A program made the translations under genes and the position numbers. The notes beneath the pieces are model-generated. The model searched no databases, was not told the origin of the DNA, and saw only the letters and a list, made by a program, of their open reading frames with translations. Shown piece after piece: positions 7,573-17,539 of a stretch of DNA of 64,000 nucleotides. Every line of letters starts with the position of its first letter. The stretch's first letter is position 1. The stretch comes from an uncultured virus (IMG/VR IMGVR_UViG_3300010163_003618) (Duplodnaviria; Heunggongvirae; Uroviricota; Caudoviricetes): the IMG/VR virus record IMGVR_UViG_3300010163_003618; one strand, given 5' to 3'.

Positions 7573-8406
7573 ATGGCATACAGCAGTAATAAGGAATATC
7601 TCATAGAAGTATTTAAGGATACTGAAAATTGGTATAAGACAGACAAAGAATTGATAGAGCATGTCAATGAAAGTAAAAGACACACAGAAATATACAAAGA
7701 GAAAGATTACCCTGACATTACATATGTAACTTGCAAGGGAAAACCAGCAAAAATAATGGTAACAAAGGGCAGAACATTTGAATCGGCAATAAAGCTTATG
7801 GAAGAATACCCTAATAAAAGGGTATTAGTCCATAATTTTGCATCAGCAACAAACCCTGGTGGTGGAGTATTAAAGGGATCCTCGACGCAGGAAGAAAGTT
7901 TATGCAGATGTTCAACATTATACCCAACGCTTACTACATCAGAATGTAATAATGGTTACTATAAGTATCATAAAAATCTTCACAATATGTTATATACGGA
8001 CACCTGTATATATTCACCAAACATATTAATAATCAAGTCAGACACAATTAAACCTGAAAGATTACCCAAAGATAAGTGGAGAACAGTTGACATAATCACA
8101 TGCCCAGCACCTAATTTAAGGGATGAAGCAGCTAAAACAAGTGATAAGCAATTGTTTGAAATTCATAAAAATAGAGCAAGACATATGATTACCATTGCAA
8201 TAGCACATGGTGTGGATGTACTGGTACTTGGAGCATTTGGTTGCGGTGCATTCAAAAATAAACCAGAAATTGTTGCAAGGGCATATAAGGAAGTAATAAT
8301 GGACTTCAGAAACTTCTTTGATGCTATAGAGTTTGCAGTTTATTGTAAAGCAACTGAAGACGAAAACTATAAAACTTTCAATAGGATCTTGGGAAACATT
8401 AAATAA
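7573..8406 (+). CDS. TIGR02452/DUF2263 bacterial PARG-type macrodomain (ADP-ribose glycohydrolase)
   Basis: NFASATNPGGG, QEESLCRCS, YSP, LVLGAFGCGAFKN motifs. Confidence 0.9.
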   Translation: MAYSSNKEYLIEVFKDTENWYKTDKELIEHVNESKRHTEIYKEKDYPDITYVTCKGKPAKIMVTKGRTFESAIKLMEEYPNKRVLVHNFASATNPGGGVLKGSSTQEESLCRCSTLYPTLTTSECNNGYYKYHKNLHNMLYTDTCIYSPNILIIKSDTIKPERLPKDKWRTVDIITCPAPNLRDEAAKTSDKQLFEIHKNRARHMITIAIAHGVDVLVLGAFGCGAFKNKPEIVARAYKEVIMDFRNFFDAIEFAVYCKATEDENYKTFNRILGNIK

Positions 8407-8431
8407 TCAATAAAAATAGGGGAATAAAAGC

Positions 8432-8902
8432 ATGAGTGAAAAGACTAAACCATTTACAAATGTAGTAATCAGAGAAGAAATCAAAAACAACAAGCAGTCT
8501 GGATACTATGTAACTGTTGATTACATGTATGGTGATGCAGACGGGTATAATGCTGTGGAGTATGGACCTTTCAAGAAAGGCCAGGAAAAATATTTAGCTG
8601 CATTTGCAAATATGCTGGAGGAATGTGTAGAGGCATATCCTAACGGTAGAGGCGGAGATGATAATTATGAAAATGAGGTGCCTGCATTTGCAGTATGGGC
8701 AATGTTGAATGACTATAAGAAATATAACTATACAATTGATGGGGATAAGTTAACTAAGGAAGACATTGGCATAATAGAGAACGTCGGATTTGAAGTTGAA
8801 ACAACACCAGATGGTTGGGGAACACAAGCTACAATCTGCAGTTACAAAGCAATTTATTATGATGCAGACACAAAAAAGAAATTTAATGTAAGTATATCAT
8901 AA
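8432..8902 (+). CDS. Hypothetical protein
   Basis: 156 aa ORF in operon; YMYGDADG motif. Confidence 0.6.
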   Translation: MSEKTKPFTNVVIREEIKNNKQSGYYVTVDYMYGDADGYNAVEYGPFKKGQEKYLAAFANMLEECVEAYPNGRGGDDNYENEVPAFAVWAMLNDYKKYNYTIDGDKLTKEDIGIIENVGFEVETTPDGWGTQATICSYKAIYYDADTKKKFNVSIS

Positions 8903-8921
8903 CAGAAAGAAAGAGAAAACC

Positions 8922-9296
8922 ATGGGTAGTGAGATTAAACAATGGACAGTTTGTACAACAATAGCACATTTTAAGGGTAGCAAAACATTACCAAAATGTA
9001 ACTTCTTTATAAATGTGGAAGGCACAGAAGATGAATTAAAAGCACTTCTAATGCGCATGGTAGAAATTAACAAAAAGAGTGTGGCAGAATATTATCCTGA
9101 AGACACATGGATGGATGGTACAGCTGACATAAGTCATGTGCAAATGAGATATGGTGGACAATTATATTGTGCATTTTCAATGCATAAGGACACCTTAATA
9201 AGCTATACAGCTGTAACACATATGAACTTCCATAAAATCAGTGAACTCATGGAAAGTAATGATAAGTTACACGCAGCAACCTTGATGGATGGTTAA
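8922..9296 (+). CDS. Hypothetical protein
   Basis: 124 aa ORF in operon. Confidence 0.6.
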   Translation: MGSEIKQWTVCTTIAHFKGSKTLPKCNFFINVEGTEDELKALLMRMVEINKKSVAEYYPEDTWMDGTADISHVQMRYGGQLYCAFSMHKDTLISYTAVTHMNFHKISELMESNDKLHAATLMDG

Positions 9297-9310
9297 GATA
9301 GGAGGAAAAA

Positions 9311-9850
9311 ATGAAAAGAGCATTGGTAGTAATTGATATGCAAAATGGTTTCATAAACGAGAATACAGCACATTTGTCTAAGAAGCTTATTGAGTTTATG
9401 AGCATGACACAGTTTGATAAAACAATTTTTACTAGATTCATTAACAGACCTGAAACGGCATGCTATAAATTTGAAGGTTACCATGATTGTATGGAAGGAT
9501 CAAGTGAAGCTGAAATTATACCAGAATTGAAATACATGGGGGATGTTGTGTTTGACAAGGATAAATTCAGCTGCTGGTACGGAAGATTTAAGGAGTATAT
9601 TAAGATTAATAAATTTGATAAGCTGTACTTTGTAGGAGTAAACACTGGATGTTGTGTATTAAACAGTGTGCTGGATGCTTATAATGACTTACAGGATTGT
9701 GCAGTCATAAGTGACTTATGTGGATCATCTAACGGAAATCATTCACACCAGATTGCATTGGAAGTTCTTGCAGAGAATATTACTAAGAGCAGGGTATTAA
9801 CATTTGATGAAGCAGTAAAAGAAATCATGGGTGACTGCAAAGGAGAATAA
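9311..9850 (+). CDS. Isochorismatase/cysteine hydrolase family protein
   Basis: LVVIDMQNGF, catalytic K (DKDKFS), GVNTGCCV. Confidence 0.85.
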   Translation: MKRALVVIDMQNGFINENTAHLSKKLIEFMSMTQFDKTIFTRFINRPETACYKFEGYHDCMEGSSEAEIIPELKYMGDVVFDKDKFSCWYGRFKEYIKINKFDKLYFVGVNTGCCVLNSVLDAYNDLQDCAVISDLCGSSNGNHSHQIALEVLAENITKSRVLTFDEAVKEIMGDCKGE

Positions 9851-9855
9851 AAACA

Positions 9856-10356
9856 ATGGAGTATTTTATATCAGACTTCCATATAGGTGATGCAAACATT
9901 TTAACTTATGAGCATAGACCATTCAATTCATTGCATAGCATGAAAGAAACAATTATAACAAATATACAAAAAACAGTAACTCCATGTGATACTTTGTATA
10001 TACTTGGTGACTTAGGAAATACATCAATATTGGATGAAATACCAGGCAAGATAATCGTTGTTTGTGGCAATCATGATAACTATGAAGAAATCAAGAATAC
10101 ACATCCAGATATTTATGTATCCAAGTATCCCATTATGATTGATAACATGTGGTTATCACATGCACCTATAGGATATGTTCCACCTGAATGTCCATACATT
10201 AACATTCATGGTCACTTACATAGGTTTCAATACGGTTTAATTGGAAGAAATTGGGAAGAAGGCAATAGATACTTCAATGTATCAGTAGAAAATATTAACT
10301 ATACACCTATTTCTAAAGATGAGATCATAGAGAAAATAAAATATAAGAAGGTATAA
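9856..10356 (+). CDS. Calcineurin-like metallophosphoesterase
   Basis: SDFH, LGD, GNHD, LSHAP, NIHGHLH motifs. Confidence 0.9.
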   Translation: MEYFISDFHIGDANILTYEHRPFNSLHSMKETIITNIQKTVTPCDTLYILGDLGNTSILDEIPGKIIVVCGNHDNYEEIKNTHPDIYVSKYPIMIDNMWLSHAPIGYVPPECPYINIHGHLHRFQYGLIGRNWEEGNRYFNVSVENINYTPISKDEIIEKIKYKKV

Positions 10357-10358
10357 TA

Positions 10359-11204
10359 ATGTATAACATGACTGAAATGAATGGAAAATTACAAATACTG
10401 GTGGATGACACTGAATTAAACCTAGATAAGACATTTGATTGTGGTCAGGCATTCAGATGGGTAAAACAACCATCAGGAGAGTGGGTAGGAGTTGTAAACG
10501 GCAAGATTTGGGTACTAGAACAAAATAATAATGTAATTCATACAAATTTGGATAAAAACTCAGAGAAAGAGTTAGTTAATTATTTAAATTTAGATATGGA
10601 TTATACAAATAAAATAAACAGTTTATCTCTAACAAAATTTGAACTAAATGCCTACAATGTGGCAATGGGCATTCACATATTAAGACAAGATCTGTTTGAA
10701 ACAATGGTGACATTTTTAATGTCTTCCTGTAACACAATGAGAAATATAAGAAGCATTGTAAATAAACTATGTGAAGCATATGGAGAAGATATTACAACAG
10801 AGCATAACAAAAAAGAAATAAAACAGAAGTCATTTCCAACATTGGAAAGACTAGCAACAGTCAGTGCAAATGAATTTAGAACATTTAGCATGGGATTCAG
10901 AGCAGACTATTTGTACAGCATGTGCCAAAGATTAATCAACAATAGATCCCTGCTAGATAAAATAATACAATGCAATTACAAAGACTCATTAAGAATATTG
11001 AAGGAGTTTACAGGAGTAGGCAGTAAAGTAGCTGAATGTATAGAACTATTTTCACTTCATCACATTGAAGCATTTCCAATTGACACTCATATCAAGGCAA
11101 TAATCAATAAAGAATATGATGGTGCAATTGATTTAAGTAGATTTAAAGATGTAGCAGGAGTAATACAACAGTATTTATTTTACTATAAAGCATTCAATAA
11201 ATAG
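10359..11204 (+). CDS. 8-oxoguanine DNA glycosylase (OGG1-type, HhH-GPD)
   Basis: TFDCGQAFRW N-domain, GFRA, GVGSKVAECI HhH, FPIDTH, AGVIQQYLF. Confidence 0.9.
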   Translation: MYNMTEMNGKLQILVDDTELNLDKTFDCGQAFRWVKQPSGEWVGVVNGKIWVLEQNNNVIHTNLDKNSEKELVNYLNLDMDYTNKINSLSLTKFELNAYNVAMGIHILRQDLFETMVTFLMSSCNTMRNIRSIVNKLCEAYGEDITTEHNKKEIKQKSFPTLERLATVSANEFRTFSMGFRADYLYSMCQRLINNRSLLDKIIQCNYKDSLRILKEFTGVGSKVAECIELFSLHHIEAFPIDTHIKAIINKEYDGAIDLSRFKDVAGVIQQYLFYYKAFNK

Positions 11205-11208
11205 GATG

Positions 11209-11250
11209 GGCAGAGTGCAAGTTTAAACATAACAAGCACTCTGCTTTTTA
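11209..11250 (+). terminator. Intrinsic terminator
   Basis: GCAGAGTGC/GCACTCTGC plus TTTTT. Confidence 0.75.
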
Positions 11251-11334
11251 TTTGCTAAAAAATAAGCATAAAGTACAATAGAAAGAAATTTTTTAGTAAA
11301 TAAAAGACTATGACAGGCAGGGAGGAATATTAGT

Positions 11335-12099
11335 ATGAGAACTACAGTTTATGGAAGACAGACACTAATAATGGCAGAAGGTAAGTTGTTAGGAATAAAT
11401 TTAGGATATAATTTCTACTATGAGCATGAAGAAGGAACCTTAGAACTTGTACATAATATCAATAGAACAAGTCAAGCACACCTAGCAAATAAGATAGTTA
11501 AGCAGGGATGTAAAGATACGAAGTCGATTAAATTTTTATATAGGCTTAAAAAGGAAATTAAAAAAGAAGAAAAAATCATGCAAAGATATAAAAATACACC
11601 CTATGGAGAGTATACTATATCTTGTAGTATAGAACCATTCATTAGAAAAATAATAATTGACAATTCTAAACTAAAACGAGAATCAGTATATAGGAATTAT
11701 TTATTGAACGATGGTGGATATACATTAGTAATACTAGATAATTCATTACATACTGATTACTGGGCTAACAAAATAGAAAACAAAAGAAAATTCTGTGAAG
11801 GCAACTTCTTTTATATGGAAGATTACAATAATGGAGTTAAAAATAATCCTGGTTACATATTAAGAGGCAAAGGAGCAAATAAATTTACATCAGGAAATGT
11901 GCAATTTGCAGCAGCTTGGGGCAGTAGCGGTTTAATATTGTTAATAGATAGACAATCTGATGATACTTACAACATATCAGAAAGTATTGAAAAAGCAATT
12001 AAAAGTGGAAGCTTAGCAATAGTTCCAGAACAATCAAAATTATTCAATGACAGAGGATGCTGTCTAATATTATTAGATGAGGCATACAAGCCAAGATAA
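11335..12099 (+). CDS. Hypothetical protein
   Basis: 254 aa ORF with GGAGG SD. Confidence 0.65.
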   Translation: MRTTVYGRQTLIMAEGKLLGINLGYNFYYEHEEGTLELVHNINRTSQAHLANKIVKQGCKDTKSIKFLYRLKKEIKKEEKIMQRYKNTPYGEYTISCSIEPFIRKIIIDNSKLKRESVYRNYLLNDGGYTLVILDNSLHTDYWANKIENKRKFCEGNFFYMEDYNNGVKNNPGYILRGKGANKFTSGNVQFAAAWGSSGLILLIDRQSDDTYNISESIEKAIKSGSLAIVPEQSKLFNDRGCCLILLDEAYKPR

Positions 12100-12134
12100 G
12101 GCAATAAATGAGTAATTAAAGGAGATTTAGAGAA

Positions 12135-12365
12135 TTGATTAACAGGTCATTAGATAATGAAAATGTAATAGAAGAAGGGCAATTACTTTATGAAACATTA
12201 TTAAACAATGTGCATCAAGGAAACATAGAAGAAATGTTTAATTATTTTAAGAATAATGTAACATACATAGATTCATACGGATACACAACTGAAAAGAAAT
12301 TACTAAACTATTGTACATACAAACCAGAGTTAACAAAGAAAATGTATGGTGCATATAAAAAATAA
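12135..12365 (+). CDS. Hypothetical protein (possibly truncated)
   Basis: TTG start after AAGGAG SD. Confidence 0.45.
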   Translation: MINRSLDNENVIEEGQLLYETLLNNVHQGNIEEMFNYFKNNVTYIDSYGYTTEKKLLNYCTYKPELTKKMYGAYKK

Positions 12366-12737
12366 GGATATAAAGAGAGAAAAAACAATAGAGATTATTA
12401 TATACATACCTTAATAATTTGGCATAACAAGGATTAAGAGTATTATTACATGATTAAATAATTGTTTTATACAAGATGAATTAGTAGGAAAATTAACAAT
12501 AAACACAGACGAAATATTAAAGATGCAATGGAAAGATGATACCACATATAATGAATTCTGGCATAATCAGTTACAAACCCGTAATAGGCTAAATAAATTT
12601 TAAACAGGCATTTACAAAGTTTAGTAAGTGCCTATTTTTATACATAAAAGTATAATAAAAAGATTTTTAATTTTTATTTGGTAAAATTTTACATTATAAG
12701 TATACATTAAAATAAGACAAGGAGACAAATTAAAACT

Positions 12738-13394
12738 ATGTCAAACAATTATAACACATGGGGTGGAAAAAACAATAAGTGGGGAAATAGGAATAGGAAA
12801 GGGAGAGGTAACAACAGCAAAAGGACTAGATATACTACAAACAAGTTATTCAATGTAATAGCAGGTGGAATATTTTTATTCATGCTTGCTGGTTTTGGGT
12901 GGAGTATTTTAAAATCAGGATTTGAAACTGCATTCCAGTTCAGAGACAATGTAGGACAAGTAAGGGACATCATACAGTATGTAACAAGCGATGGAACAAC
13001 TCAGAAATGTAATGTAAAATTAGAAGGCAGCATTGATATTTCCGAAGATGACATAGAAGGTGTATTAAATTATATTTATGATTCAATTTCAAAAAATAAT
13101 GAAAACCTAATAATACTTGATTCAGATGATATAAAAAAAGAGAGTGGCTACAAGAAAAACATAGTAAATAGACTAGACAAGTCATCGAGTAGTACAATAA
13201 CATTTGCAATAGTTTATGATGAAATAATGAATCAAGAGCAGGCAGAGCAGGAATTAGAAAGAATAAGAGAGTTGATAACAAATAACAGTGAAGAGTTAAG
13301 TAGTACAAAGTACAACAGTGTAATGTCAGGAGCACAGATATATAACTCATCAGATTACAGATTTATAATTACTATAACATTTGCAACAAAATAA
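12738..13394 (+). CDS. Single-pass membrane protein with basic N/G/R-rich N-terminus
   Basis: 218 aa, one TM (VIAGGIFLFMLAGFGWSIL). Confidence 0.65.
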   Translation: MSNNYNTWGGKNNKWGNRNRKGRGNNSKRTRYTTNKLFNVIAGGIFLFMLAGFGWSILKSGFETAFQFRDNVGQVRDIIQYVTSDGTTQKCNVKLEGSIDISEDDIEGVLNYIYDSISKNNENLIILDSDDIKKESGYKKNIVNRLDKSSSSTITFAIVYDEIMNQEQAEQELERIRELITNNSEELSSTKYNSVMSGAQIYNSSDYRFIITITFATK

Positions 13395-13409
13395 ATTTTA
13401 AATTAAGTA

Positions 13410-13438
13410 TTGACAAAATATTTTAAATGTGATATGAT
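13410..13438 (+). promoter_or_regulatory. sigmaA-type promoter for the initiator tRNA
   Basis: TTGACA-17 nt-TATGAT with TG extension. Confidence 0.8.
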
Positions 13439-13470
13439 ATAAGAGTGTTAGGGAAAGGGTTGAGAAATAA

Positions 13471-13544
13471 CGCGGGGTGGAGCAGTCTGGAAGCTCATCG
13501 GGCTCATAACCCGAAGGTCACAGGTTCAAATCCTGTCCCCGCTA
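13471..13544 (+). tRNA. Initiator tRNA-fMet(CAT)
   Basis: C1:T72 mismatch, A11:T24, three G:C pairs in the anticodon stem (TCGGG-CTCATAA-CCCGA). Confidence 0.95.
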
Positions 13545-13621
13545 TTAACTGGTCTTCTGTTCTGAAACTCCATTATCTATAATAGAGAAATCAGTTACCT
13601 AAACTAGAAGAAAAAGATAGT

Positions 13622-13660
13622 TAAGGGCTTAGTTATATAATGACTAAGCCCTTAGTTATT
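13622..13660 (+). terminator. Hairpin/terminator after tRNA-fMet
   Basis: TAAGGGCTTAGTTA/TGACTAAGCCCTTA. Confidence 0.7.
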
Positions 13661-13734
13661 GCCTAAAAATAGGCATATCTTAATAAGATAGGGATTTTTA
13701 ATTTTTAATTTAAAGAAAAGAGAGGTACAATAAG

Positions 13735-13974
13735 ATGTTCACTGAGGCAGTTGTAAAAATCAACTCAATTGATGCAGTTAAGAAATTTTGTGATATATCT
13801 ACAAAGCAAGATTTTGATATTGACATCATCAATGGGAGATACATAGTAGACGCCAAGTCAATAATGGGAATTTTCAGTTTAAACTTAACTGAAAATATTG
13901 AACTACGTATACATGAAAGCGAAGACAAGTGTAAGGATTTCTTAAACCAGATAGAGCAATTCAGGGTAAGATGA
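13735..13974 (+). CDS. HPr-like protein (regulatory Ser retained, catalytic His absent)
   Basis: VDAKSIMGIFSL motif; no GLHAR motif. Confidence 0.85.
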   Translation: MFTEAVVKINSIDAVKKFCDISTKQDFDIDIINGRYIVDAKSIMGIFSLNLTENIELRIHESEDKCKDFLNQIEQFRVR

Positions 13975-14039
13975 TAAAAATAAGTACACATTAGGAAAAT
14001 TAATATACCAAAAACCTACATAGGTTAAAAATGACCCTT

Positions 14040-14075
14040 AAAATGTTGAGTGTGGAAATGCATTCAACATTTTTA
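14040..14075 (+). terminator. Intrinsic terminator
   Basis: AAAATGTTGAGTG/CATTCAACATTTT. Confidence 0.65.
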
Positions 14076-14315
14076 TTTTTACTTATTTATCAATATAAAA
14101 ATGCCTTAAAACTATCATTGAGATCAAATAAGGTCAGTTTTAAATTTTTAAAAGTTAAAAAAAATTTTGATTTTAACTATACATTAAAGCAGGAGGGGGA
14201 GACAAAGGACACAATATAAATTAAACAATAAAAATTAACATTAACAATGTATTAAGTTATATTTACATAGGTAGCAAGAAAGTAAGCTTGTTACATAAAA
14301 ATGGAGGTAAAAAAT

Positions 14316-14849
14316 ATGGGAGCAAAAAGAACAGAGTATGCACTAGTAGGTAGATATATGAGTGGTAAAACAGTAGTAGGATATCATTTACAGGCACTTG
14401 AAACTGGTAAGAATGGTAGGTATACAAATGAACAGTTTGCATATCTAGTTGGTAGGGATCAAGTAGTTAACTGTTCTGGGCAAATTTACAATGACACAGT
14501 CTTGTACAGAGGTACAAATGGAACGGAAATAAATGCATTACCAGTTATGCAGGAAGATGGTTCAATATCAAGAACAAACAATGTAGGACACATCAGACGT
14601 GATGATACTGCTCAGGATGTAATGAATAAGTTGACATTTATAGCAAAGATTAAAGAAGGTAGAAACACAGTAGGTTACGTAGTACAAAACAATGGTGGTC
14701 AACAAAAATCAGTATCTTATAATCAGGCATATGAACTTGCACGTTCAGGTAAAATAGGCAATGCAAGGGCTCAGGTGTATCAGGGCAAGCCAATTATTAA
14801 AGGTGTAAATTGTGATTTAAACAGTTTACCTATTGTTAATAATAATTAA
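14316..14849 (+). CDS. Protein of two DUF3892-like repeats
   Basis: Internal repeat (GKTVVGYHL...INALP / GRNTVGYVV...LNSLP); GGAGGT SD before 14316. Confidence 0.6.
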   Translation: MGAKRTEYALVGRYMSGKTVVGYHLQALETGKNGRYTNEQFAYLVGRDQVVNCSGQIYNDTVLYRGTNGTEINALPVMQEDGSISRTNNVGHIRRDDTAQDVMNKLTFIAKIKEGRNTVGYVVQNNGGQQKSVSYNQAYELARSGKIGNARAQVYQGKPIIKGVNCDLNSLPIVNNN

Positions 14850-14959
14850 GTGTTTGTGTATTAATGTAATGGTGGCACTGCTTAAAAAGGCGGTGCTACT
14901 ATTATATACAGAGAAATTAATATAGAAAGATTTTTATTAATTTAAAAGGAGACTAAAAG

Positions 14960-15451
14960 ATGCAAAGTATAAGTAGCATAAAGAAAATGATGGGGCATTA
15001 TGAAGATATGATAATAGCCATGAATAGTAGAGTAGATGCTTACAGCAATGATATAACAATGAGATATTATGCATTGTTAGGTGTATATAAATACTTAGGT
15101 GGAAAAGAGAATATAGCAAAGAGGATAGTAGATAAGCATGTGATAGACCGTCTAACAACAAAGAAAGCAATGAAAACATACATATGGTATGCATTAAATT
15201 ATGCTGAAATTACCATAGTATATTTAAAATTAAAAAGTAAATATACTAAGAAAAACAAAGATATAACATTATTATATGATACAGTAACAGATTTAATAAA
15301 AAATTTATACCCAAACTATAAACTAGATTATATGCAATTTGATAATGACATAAGCGAGGCTGTTAAGGGTATTTTAATAGATATTGCAAAATCATTATAT
15401 ACAATAAATATAGATAGAAGTTACTTTAATATTGTAGATGAGACATTATAA
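14960..15451 (+). CDS. Hypothetical protein
   Basis: 163 aa ORF with AGGAG SD. Confidence 0.6.
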   Translation: MQSISSIKKMMGHYEDMIIAMNSRVDAYSNDITMRYYALLGVYKYLGGKENIAKRIVDKHVIDRLTTKKAMKTYIWYALNYAEITIVYLKLKSKYTKKNKDITLLYDTVTDLIKNLYPNYKLDYMQFDNDISEAVKGILIDIAKSLYTINIDRSYFNIVDETL

Positions 15452-15471
15452 GAAAGGGTGGGAGATTAAAT

Positions 15472-15855
15472 ATGGTAATTCATGGATTAACAACAGTAAA
15501 TGGTGGAGATATAAAACAATTTAATAAGAGAGATATTTTTGATTATAACTGGAATCTTACAGATAAATCAGACAATCATGTAGTACTAGAGATATTATAT
15601 CCTAAAAAACATAATCCAAATGCACAAATAGTTTGTTATTATTTTTGGGATAAGAAAGCATCAAGAAAAATAGAAGTGACAATATACAGAGTTATAACAA
15701 CAGGAGAGTGGGGTAGCGAGATTTATTATTTTAAAAATAAAGAATCATTGCAACACTATCAGGTAAGACACTATAGAAACTTTGCAAACATGCCAGAAAA
15801 ATATTACAACATAGTAAAATGGATTCATCCATGTTTTCTAGAAATATTTCAATAA
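15472..15855 (+). CDS. Hypothetical protein
   Basis: 127 aa ORF. Confidence 0.6.
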   Translation: MVIHGLTTVNGGDIKQFNKRDIFDYNWNLTDKSDNHVVLEILYPKKHNPNAQIVCYYFWDKKASRKIEVTIYRVITTGEWGSEIYYFKNKESLQHYQVRHYRNFANMPEKYYNIVKWIHPCFLEIFQ

Positions 15856-15873
15856 AGTAAAGGAATAGGCATT

Positions 15874-17538
15874 ATGAGTAGAAGAATAGTTGAACAAAAG
15901 ATATCAACAGAAAAAGAAGCTAAGCTATTAAAAATAAGTGAAAATACATTAAGTTTGGTAAGACAAAAGTTTAATTCTGGATTTAACAAGGTATTGGTAG
16001 TAAGACCAACTGGTTTTGGTAAAAGTTACATGTTGGCAAATCTAACATCAACACTAGATGATCAAGGTCAACTTAAATATAAAAAATGTTTATACATTTA
16101 TCCAACAGATGTAATCAAAGAAGATGTTTTAAGAACATATGCATCCGATAATAAGTACAGTAAATCAAAGAAGGAGTACAATCTAGCAACTAGAGAAGAA
16201 GCAAGTGAACAAGATACTAGACGAGGAATATTAAATGATAACACAGACTTTCTAAGCTACAATTGGTTAACTAATAGGGCAAATGATATCAAAAATGGTG
16301 ACATGACTAAGAAACAGCTTAGAGATAAAATAAAAGAGTATGACTTAATAATGTTAGATGAGTGTCATAGAGTTGGTGCAGAAGGCTTTAGAAATGCTTT
16401 TGAAATATTCAAGAGTTGTCTGGAATCTAACATTAACCTTGTAGGTGTTACAGCTACACCAGATAGATTAGACGAGGAAAATATAAGGGATATCTTTGGA
16501 GAAAGAAATCAGATAAAAAGATATGAATTAAAAGATGCAATTAAAGATGGGCTTTTACAAAAATTTGATTATGTTTATGCAATAAATAATTCAGAAAATT
16601 ACATCAAAAGTGCAATAAAAGAATTAAATAAAATAAGAGAACACAATGGAGATAATGACATAACAGAGAGTGAAATAAGAGAACTTAGAGAATTTATATC
16701 AAGTCATAATAATATGAGTAGCATTTTAAAGAAAATAATAAAATTACCATTATCAGATGATGAAAATGACAGTGAAGTTCATGTAGGTTACAATAATTAT
16801 GCTAAGTTTATAGTATTTATGAATAATAGAAATCATATTCATAATCAAGCCGATAATGTGTTTAAATGGTTTAAACAAGCATATCCAACAATGGACATAA
16901 GAAATCATGTAATAATTACAAAGATAAGTGATGATACACCTTATATAATAAATAATAAGACAGTTAAAGTAAAAGATACTAATGAACTAGATTCATTAGT
17001 TCCAAGAGATAACACAATTGATTTAATATTCTGTGTTGACAAATTAACTATGGGTTACCATGTGGAAAGTATAACAGGCGTTGTATTAATGGCAAATACA
17101 GAATCAGCCATTAAGTATAATCAGCAAATAGGAAGATGTTTCAGTGTAAGAAGTAATAATAAGCCTGTGATATTTCATATTGTAGACAACTTCTTAGATA
17201 GTCCATCTTTAGTAGAAGTTGATAAAAGTTTTAAAGGTAAGAAAATAGACTTACCAATGAAATTGGACAAACAATGTGTAGATTTATATGACTTTACAAA
17301 AGAATTTTGTAAACAAGCTTCAAAAATAGTTAATCAGGATTATACTAAAATAGATAAAATAGTTTGGCTGTATAATGTAAGACATATGTCAGCAGTAGAT
17401 ATAGCTAAAACATCAGGAGCAAAACTGGATACCATAGTAAAGATATTACTCAATAATAGAATAAATTTAGTCGATAAGAATGAGATACTAAAACATAAAA
17501 ATTTATTAAGTGCAGAGGTAATCAAGGAGATTAAGTAA
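15874..17538 (+). CDS. SF2 DExH helicase (ResIII-like)
   Basis: PTGFGKS, DECH, TATP, QQIGR motifs; C-terminal HTH-like segment. Confidence 0.9.
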   Translation: MSRRIVEQKISTEKEAKLLKISENTLSLVRQKFNSGFNKVLVVRPTGFGKSYMLANLTSTLDDQGQLKYKKCLYIYPTDVIKEDVLRTYASDNKYSKSKKEYNLATREEASEQDTRRGILNDNTDFLSYNWLTNRANDIKNGDMTKKQLRDKIKEYDLIMLDECHRVGAEGFRNAFEIFKSCLESNINLVGVTATPDRLDEENIRDIFGERNQIKRYELKDAIKDGLLQKFDYVYAINNSENYIKSAIKELNKIREHNGDNDITESEIRELREFISSHNNMSSILKKIIKLPLSDDENDSEVHVGYNNYAKFIVFMNNRNHIHNQADNVFKWFKQAYPTMDIRNHVIITKISDDTPYIINNKTVKVKDTNELDSLVPRDNTIDLIFCVDKLTMGYHVESITGVVLMANTESAIKYNQQIGRCFSVRSNNKPVIFHIVDNFLDSPSLVEVDKSFKGKKIDLPMKLDKQCVDLYDFTKEFCKQASKIVNQDYTKIDKIVWLYNVRHMSAVDIAKTSGAKLDTIVKILLNNRINLVDKNEILKHKNLLSAEVIKEIK

Positions 17539-17539
17539 A

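Noticed and set aside
13545..13624. Irregular long hairpin after tRNA-fMet as a separate ncRNA
   Set aside because: AT-rich interrupted pairing, adequately explained as tRNA trailer before the terminator
14031..14219. 62-aa ORF
   Set aside because: Runs through a terminator hairpin and AT-rich intergenic DNA, with a weak SD
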